A stretch of 64,000 nt of DNA. Origin: Squalus acanthias. Lineage: Eukaryota. Under the pieces are notes generated by a model. It was given only the letters and a program-made list of their open reading frames with translations, was not told the DNA's origin and made no database searches. The translations under genes were made by a program, and so were the position numbers. The first letter of the stretch is position 1; each line of letters opens with the position of its first letter. Location: contig CM059431.1 of assembly GCA_030390025.1 (NCBI GenBank), forward strand, positions 152,956,001 to 153,020,000. Reading direction: 5' to 3'. This document shows, piece after piece, positions 58,635-64,000 of this stretch.

Positions 58635-61600
58635 ATAGGTAAAAAAACGGGATGAGGTCCTAAAAGCAGAATATAGGGAGTTAGGAGTTAAATTAAAAAA
58701 TAGGACCTCAAAGGTAGTAATCTCAGGATTGCTACCAGTGCCACGTGCTAGTCAGAGTAGCAATAGGAGGATATTTCAAATGAATACGTGGCTAGAGGAA
58801 TGGTGCAAGTGGGAGGGATTCAAATTCCTGGGACATTGGAACCGGTTCTGGGGGAGGTGGGACCAGTACAAACCGGACGGTCTGCACCGGGGCAGGGCCG
58901 GGACCGCTGTCCTAGGGGGAGTGTTTGCTAGTGCTGTTGGGGAGGATTTAAACGAATGTGGCAGGGGGTTGGGAACCTGAGCAGGGAGACAGAGGAAAGC
59001 ATGTCAGGAAGGGACAGAATGTATGGAGTAAAAGGTGAAGTGTTAAATAAGGAAAAAGCAGGAAGTAAGTGTTGCAAAACACATTTGAAAGTTATTTATC
59101 TGAATGCACGTAGCATTCGTAACAAAATTGAGGAGTTAACGGCACAATTAACTATGTATGGGTATGATCTTGTGTCAATTACAGAAACATGGCTGCAGGG
59201 TGATAACGACTGGGAATTAAATATGACAGGGTATTTAACAATCAGGAAGGACAGGCAGGAAGGAAGGGGAGGAGGGGTGGCTATGTTAATAAAGGAAGGA
59301 ATCACTGTAATACAGAGAAATGAAATTGGGTCAAAAGATCAGGATACTGAAACAGTTTGGGTAGAGATAAGGAATAATAAGGGGGGAAAAAACACTAGTG
59401 GGAGTAGTATATAGGCCTCCTAATAGTTGCAACTCTGTTGGAAGAAGTATTAATCAGGAAATAGTTGGGGCATGTAATAAGGGAACAGCTATAAATATGG
59501 GGGATTTTAACTATCATATTAACTGGACAAATCAAATTGGGCAGGGCAGCCTTGAGGAAGAGTTTATTGAGTGTCTTAGGGATGGATTTCTTGAGCAGTA
59601 TGTAACTGATACTACAAGGGGGCAAGCAACCTTGGACCTGGTACTGTGTAATGAGTCAGGATTAATTAATAATGTCCTAGTTAAGGATCCCCTTGGAATG
59701 AGTGACCATAACATGGTTGAATTCCATATCTAATTAGAGGGTGAGAAGGTTGGTTCTCAAACAAGCATACTGAGTTTGAATAAAGGAGACTATGATGGCA
59801 TGAGAGCAGAATTGATTAAAGTGGACTGGGACAATAGATTAAAGGGTAAGACGGTACATGAGCAGTGGTGTTCATTCAAGGAGTTATTTTACAACTTTCA
59901 AAATAAATATATTCCACTGAGGAAAAAAGGGTGTAAAAGAAATGACAGCCATCCGTGGCTAAGTAAAGAAATTAAAGAAAGTATCCAACTAAAAACAAGG
60001 ACATATAAGGTAGCCAAAGTTAGTGGGAGGATAGAAGATTGGGAAGTCTTCAAAAGACAACAAAAAGTAACTAAAGGATAGATTAAGAAAGGGAAAATAG
60101 ACTATGAAAATAAATTAGCAAAAAATATAAAAACAGATAGCAAGAGTTTCTATAGTTATATAAAAAAGAAAAAGGGTGGTTAAGGCAAACGTAGGTCCCT
60201 TAGAGGTTGAGACAGGGAAATTAATGGTGGGAAACATGCAGATGGCAAAAATGCTGAACAAATATTTTGTTTCAGTCTTTACGGTAGAGGACACTAAGAA
60301 TATCCTAACACTGGACAAACAGGGGGCTCTAGTGGGGGAGGAGCTAAATACGATTAAAATCACTAAGGAATTGGTACTCAGTAAAATAATGGGACTCAAG
60401 GCGGATACATCCCCTGGACCTGATGGCTTACCTCCTAGGGTCTTGAGGGAAGTGGCAGTAGGAATTGTGGATGCTTTGGTAATAATTTTCCAAAACTCCC
60501 TGAACTCAGCAAAGGTCCCGGCAGATTGGAAAACTGCTAAAGTAACACCCATATTTAAAAAGGGTTGTAGGCAGAAGGCTGGAAATTATAGACCAGTTAG
60601 CCTAACATCTGTGGTGGGTAAAATTTTGGAGTCTATTATTAAGGAGACAGTAACGGAACATTTAGATAAACATAATTTAATAGGACAAAGTCAGCATGGC
60701 TTTATGAAGGGGAAGTCATGTCTGACAAATTTGCTCGAGTTCTTTGAGGATATAACGTACAGGGTGGATAAAGGGGAACCAGTGGATGTATTGTATTTAG
60801 ACTTCCAGAAGGCATTCGACAAGGTGCCACATAAAAAATTATTACTCAAGATAAAAAAATCACTGGATTGGGGGTAATATTCTGGCATGGGTGGAGGATT
60901 GGTTATCTAACAGGAAGCACAGAGTTGGGATAAATGGTTCATTCTCGGACTGGCAACCAGTAGCCAGTGGTGTTCCGCAGAGGTCGGTGCTGGGTCCCCA
61001 ACTCTTTACAATCTATATTAACGATTTGGAGGAGGGGACCGAGTGTAACATATCAAAGTTTGCAGATGATACAAAGATGGGAGGGAAAGTAGAGAGTGAG
61101 GAGGACATAAAAAACCTACAAGGGGATATAGACAGCTGGGTGAGTGGGCAGAGATTTGGCAGATGCAATACAATATTGGAAAATGTGAGGTTATGCACTT
61201 TGGCAGGAAAAATCAGAGAGCAAGTTATTATCTTAATGGCGAGAAACTGGAAAGTACTGCAGTACAAAGGGATCTGTGGGTCTTGGTGCAAGAAAATCAA
61301 AAAGTGAGTATGCAGGTCCAGCAGGTGATCAAGAAAGCCAATGGAATGTTGGCTTTTATTGCTAGGGGGATAGAATATAAAAACAGGGAGGTATTGCTGC
61401 AGTTGTATAGAGTATTGGTGAGACCGCACCTGGAGTACTGCATACAGTTTTGGTGTCCATACTTAAGAAAATACATACTTGCTCTCGAGGCAGTACAAAG
61501 AAGGTTCACTCGGTTAATTCCGGGGATGAGGGGGTGGACATATGAGAAGAGATTGAGTAGATTGGCACTCTACTCATTGGAGTTCAGAAGAATGAGAGGC

Positions 61601-62085
61601 GATCTTATTGAAACATATAAGATTGTGAAGGGGCTTGATCGGGTGGACGCGGTGAGAATGTTCACAATGATGGGTGAAACTAGAACTAGGGGACATAATC
61701 TTAGAATAAGGGGCTGCTCTTTCAAAACTGAGATGAGGATAAACTTTTTCACTCAGAGGGTAGTGGGTCTGTGGAATTTGCTACCTCAGGAAGCTTTGGA
61801 AGCTACTTATTAAATAAATTTAAAACAGAAATAGACCGTTTCCTAGAAGTAAAGGGAATCAGGGGTTACGGGGAGCGGGCTGGAAATTGGACATGAGTTT
61901 GAGTTCGGATCGGTCAAGGCCCTGTGGGTGGCGGAGCGGGCCCAGGGTCCGAGTGGCCTGGTCCTGCTCCTACTTCTTGTGTTCTTTAGAGTTGAGGTTG
62001 GATCAGATCAGCCATGATCTCATTGAATGGCGGAGCAGGCTCGAGGGGCCGATTGGTCTACTCCTGCTCCTATTTATTATGTTCT
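58635..62085 (+). mobile_element. CR1 LINE with ORF1 C-terminus (SGNH esterase-like) and a frameshifted complete ORF2
   Basis: ORF1 ISGLLPVPRAS...WCKWEGF...DGLH; ORF2 YLNARSI, ITETWL, VYRPP, MGDFN, SDHN, KFADD; stop at 61894-61896; two-module 3' UTR. Confidence 0.95.
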
Positions 62086-63486
62086 AATACATGGTCCGTC
62101 ACGCTGACATCACCACTGCATGAATGATTAATGTAGCTCTGGAGAGAGTAATGTTTAAAACAAATGGGTAGAGATCTGCACAAGAGAAAAGGTCGTGATA
62201 GATATATGGTGATGAGGTATTGCATAGTGTTGGACTTAAGTAATCTAGCTCAAACAGAGGGGAGATTGTAGGTAAAGGGTTAATCAGACTGTCCTAAAAT
62301 CTGATAATGTTATACTGTATTGGTTTATCTTTCTATTGTAATAATGTTAATCTTTAGCCTATCCCTGTTAAGTAGGGAAGAATAAGTCAATTTAAAGTAC
62401 CAGTGGACTGCTGGGCCAGAGCTGAGCATGCAGCAGTGTTCACTCTCAGGATGAAGCAGTTAGAGATTTAATTAAACACATGCCATTGCAATCTGATTCA
62501 AACATTTCAGAGAATTTTAATAACTTGCTACAATGTTGGAAGACAGTTAGGTCTACAAAGGAAAATATCGGGGCATACATCATCATTTTAATTGGTAGAA
62601 TGATCCAAAATCAAACGCAGACATATAATTAACGGTTTCACTTTGTAGAATTGAAATGTTGTGGATCAAGAGTGAAGCTATCGATAAGGTATCGACTCTG
62701 ATGTAATTACGCTTGTAAGCCCACCAGATAAAGAGATCGTTAAGTAAGGAAAACTGTCCTTTTAATCAAGGATAAGTCGAAGCAAGTCTCCTGATACGCA
62801 GTTACATTTTAACGTTCATATAGTTATATAATGCAACATTGTGTGGATGTTCACGGAGAGGGAGTTTGACAATTGTAATACAACTGGCTGTTTGTACTGA
62901 GTATTCCGATTCGTGAAAGCCTAAGATACTGAGCTCAGAAATGTAATAGGCACATTATCATTTAACTGGATTCAGACGACAACAGTTTTAAAATGCCGTC
63001 AGTCAGCGATGTATCTGCACCCAGCTACAATCGTGAGCGGGCGATGTGTAATCAAACACATCATCCAAATTCAACACATAAAGCAGAAAGCAAATGCATG
63101 CAAAAGTTAACCATTGCAAAATCGTGTCAAATTCAAATCCATATGTTTGAGATTATCGCCGCTGTTTCTAATTAAATAGTTGATTTGTTTTTCATGAGAC
63201 CCTCTATTTATAATTAAACTGATACCATTTCCCTGATATTGTCATCACATCTATTTCTAAATGAACCTTTGCTGTGTTCCCCTCAATTCCCATAGCCGTC
63301 AAACATGCCCGACGGCACGTCAGACAGCCAGCAGACACATGTTCCTCAAACACAGAGCGAGAGAGAGCAACCCTGACTGAAGCTCAGCGACAGACACAGG
63401 CTGTTGACTGACATCACACAGACTGCAGGCTGACGTCACAGAGCCTGACGTCACACTAGACCCTGCCTCAGTTATTACTGCACTAG

Positions 63487-64000
63487 ACATAAGAACATAA
63501 GAAATAAGAGCAGGAGTAGGCCATACGGCACCTCGAGCCTGCTCCGCCATTCAATAAGATCATGGCTGATCGTCGACCTCAACTCCACTTTCCCGTCCGA
63601 TCTCCGTATCCCTTGATTCCCCTAGAGTCCAATAAACTCTCTATTTCAGCCTTCACCGCCCTCTGGGGCAGAGAACTCCAAAGATTCATTACCATCTGAG
63701 TGAAGAAATTCATCCTCATCTCAGTCTTATATGGCCTAACCCTTATCCTTAGACGACGTCCCCTAGTTCTCACACTCCAGCCAGGGGAGGCAACCTCTCA
63801 GCATCTACCCTGTCAATCCCCTTCAGAATCTTGTATATTTCAATGAGATCACCTCTCATTCTTCTAAACTCCAGAGAGCATAGCCCCATTCTAAACAATA
63901 TCTCATCATAGGACAGCCCTCTCATCCCAGGTATCATTCTAGTGAACTATCGCTGCACAGCCTCCAAGGCAAGTATATCCTTCCTTAGATAAGGAGACCA
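63487..64000 (-). mobile_element. CR1 3' end running off the window
   Basis: TTCTTATGTTCTTATG tail and C-terminal ORF 63579-63773. Confidence 0.92.

Overview
Eukaryotic, repeat-only window, probably from a shark or other cartilaginous fish (inferred from the CR1 tails, Penelope hairpins and a GPR139-like remnant). It contains no intact host protein gene. Bases 1 to about 39,965 are a degenerate 33-bp satellite array (consensus CTTTAAAAGGGGTCCCTGATGGTGAGACTCCCT). Inserted in it are a 4.1-kb PIF/Harbinger transposon (intact transposase, 3-exon Myb/SANT gene with a 1-nt deletion), its 875-bp non-autonomous derivative, and a 7.6-kb foamy-virus-like provirus. The provirus has long LTRs, a tRNA-Lys PBS and a 4-bp TSD, and keeps gag, protease, a shrunken RNase H and integrase, but lacks the RT polymerase domain and env. 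Three more LTR copies of that family lie in the array, one carrying nested CR1 LINEs. Bases 40-64 kb hold RTE and CR1 fragments, a tRNA-Ile pseudogene, a GPCR remnant and a full-length Tx1-clade retrotransposon. That Tx1 is inserted with a 46-bp duplication into a Penelope-derived hairpin, and its 5' junction falls exactly on the AAGCTT palindrome of the hairpin's hammerhead ribozyme. Best leads: the Tx1/hammerhead junction, the RT-less foamy element, and same-phase insertion of both Harbingers in the satellite. All protein similarities are by eye and from memory, not from database searches.
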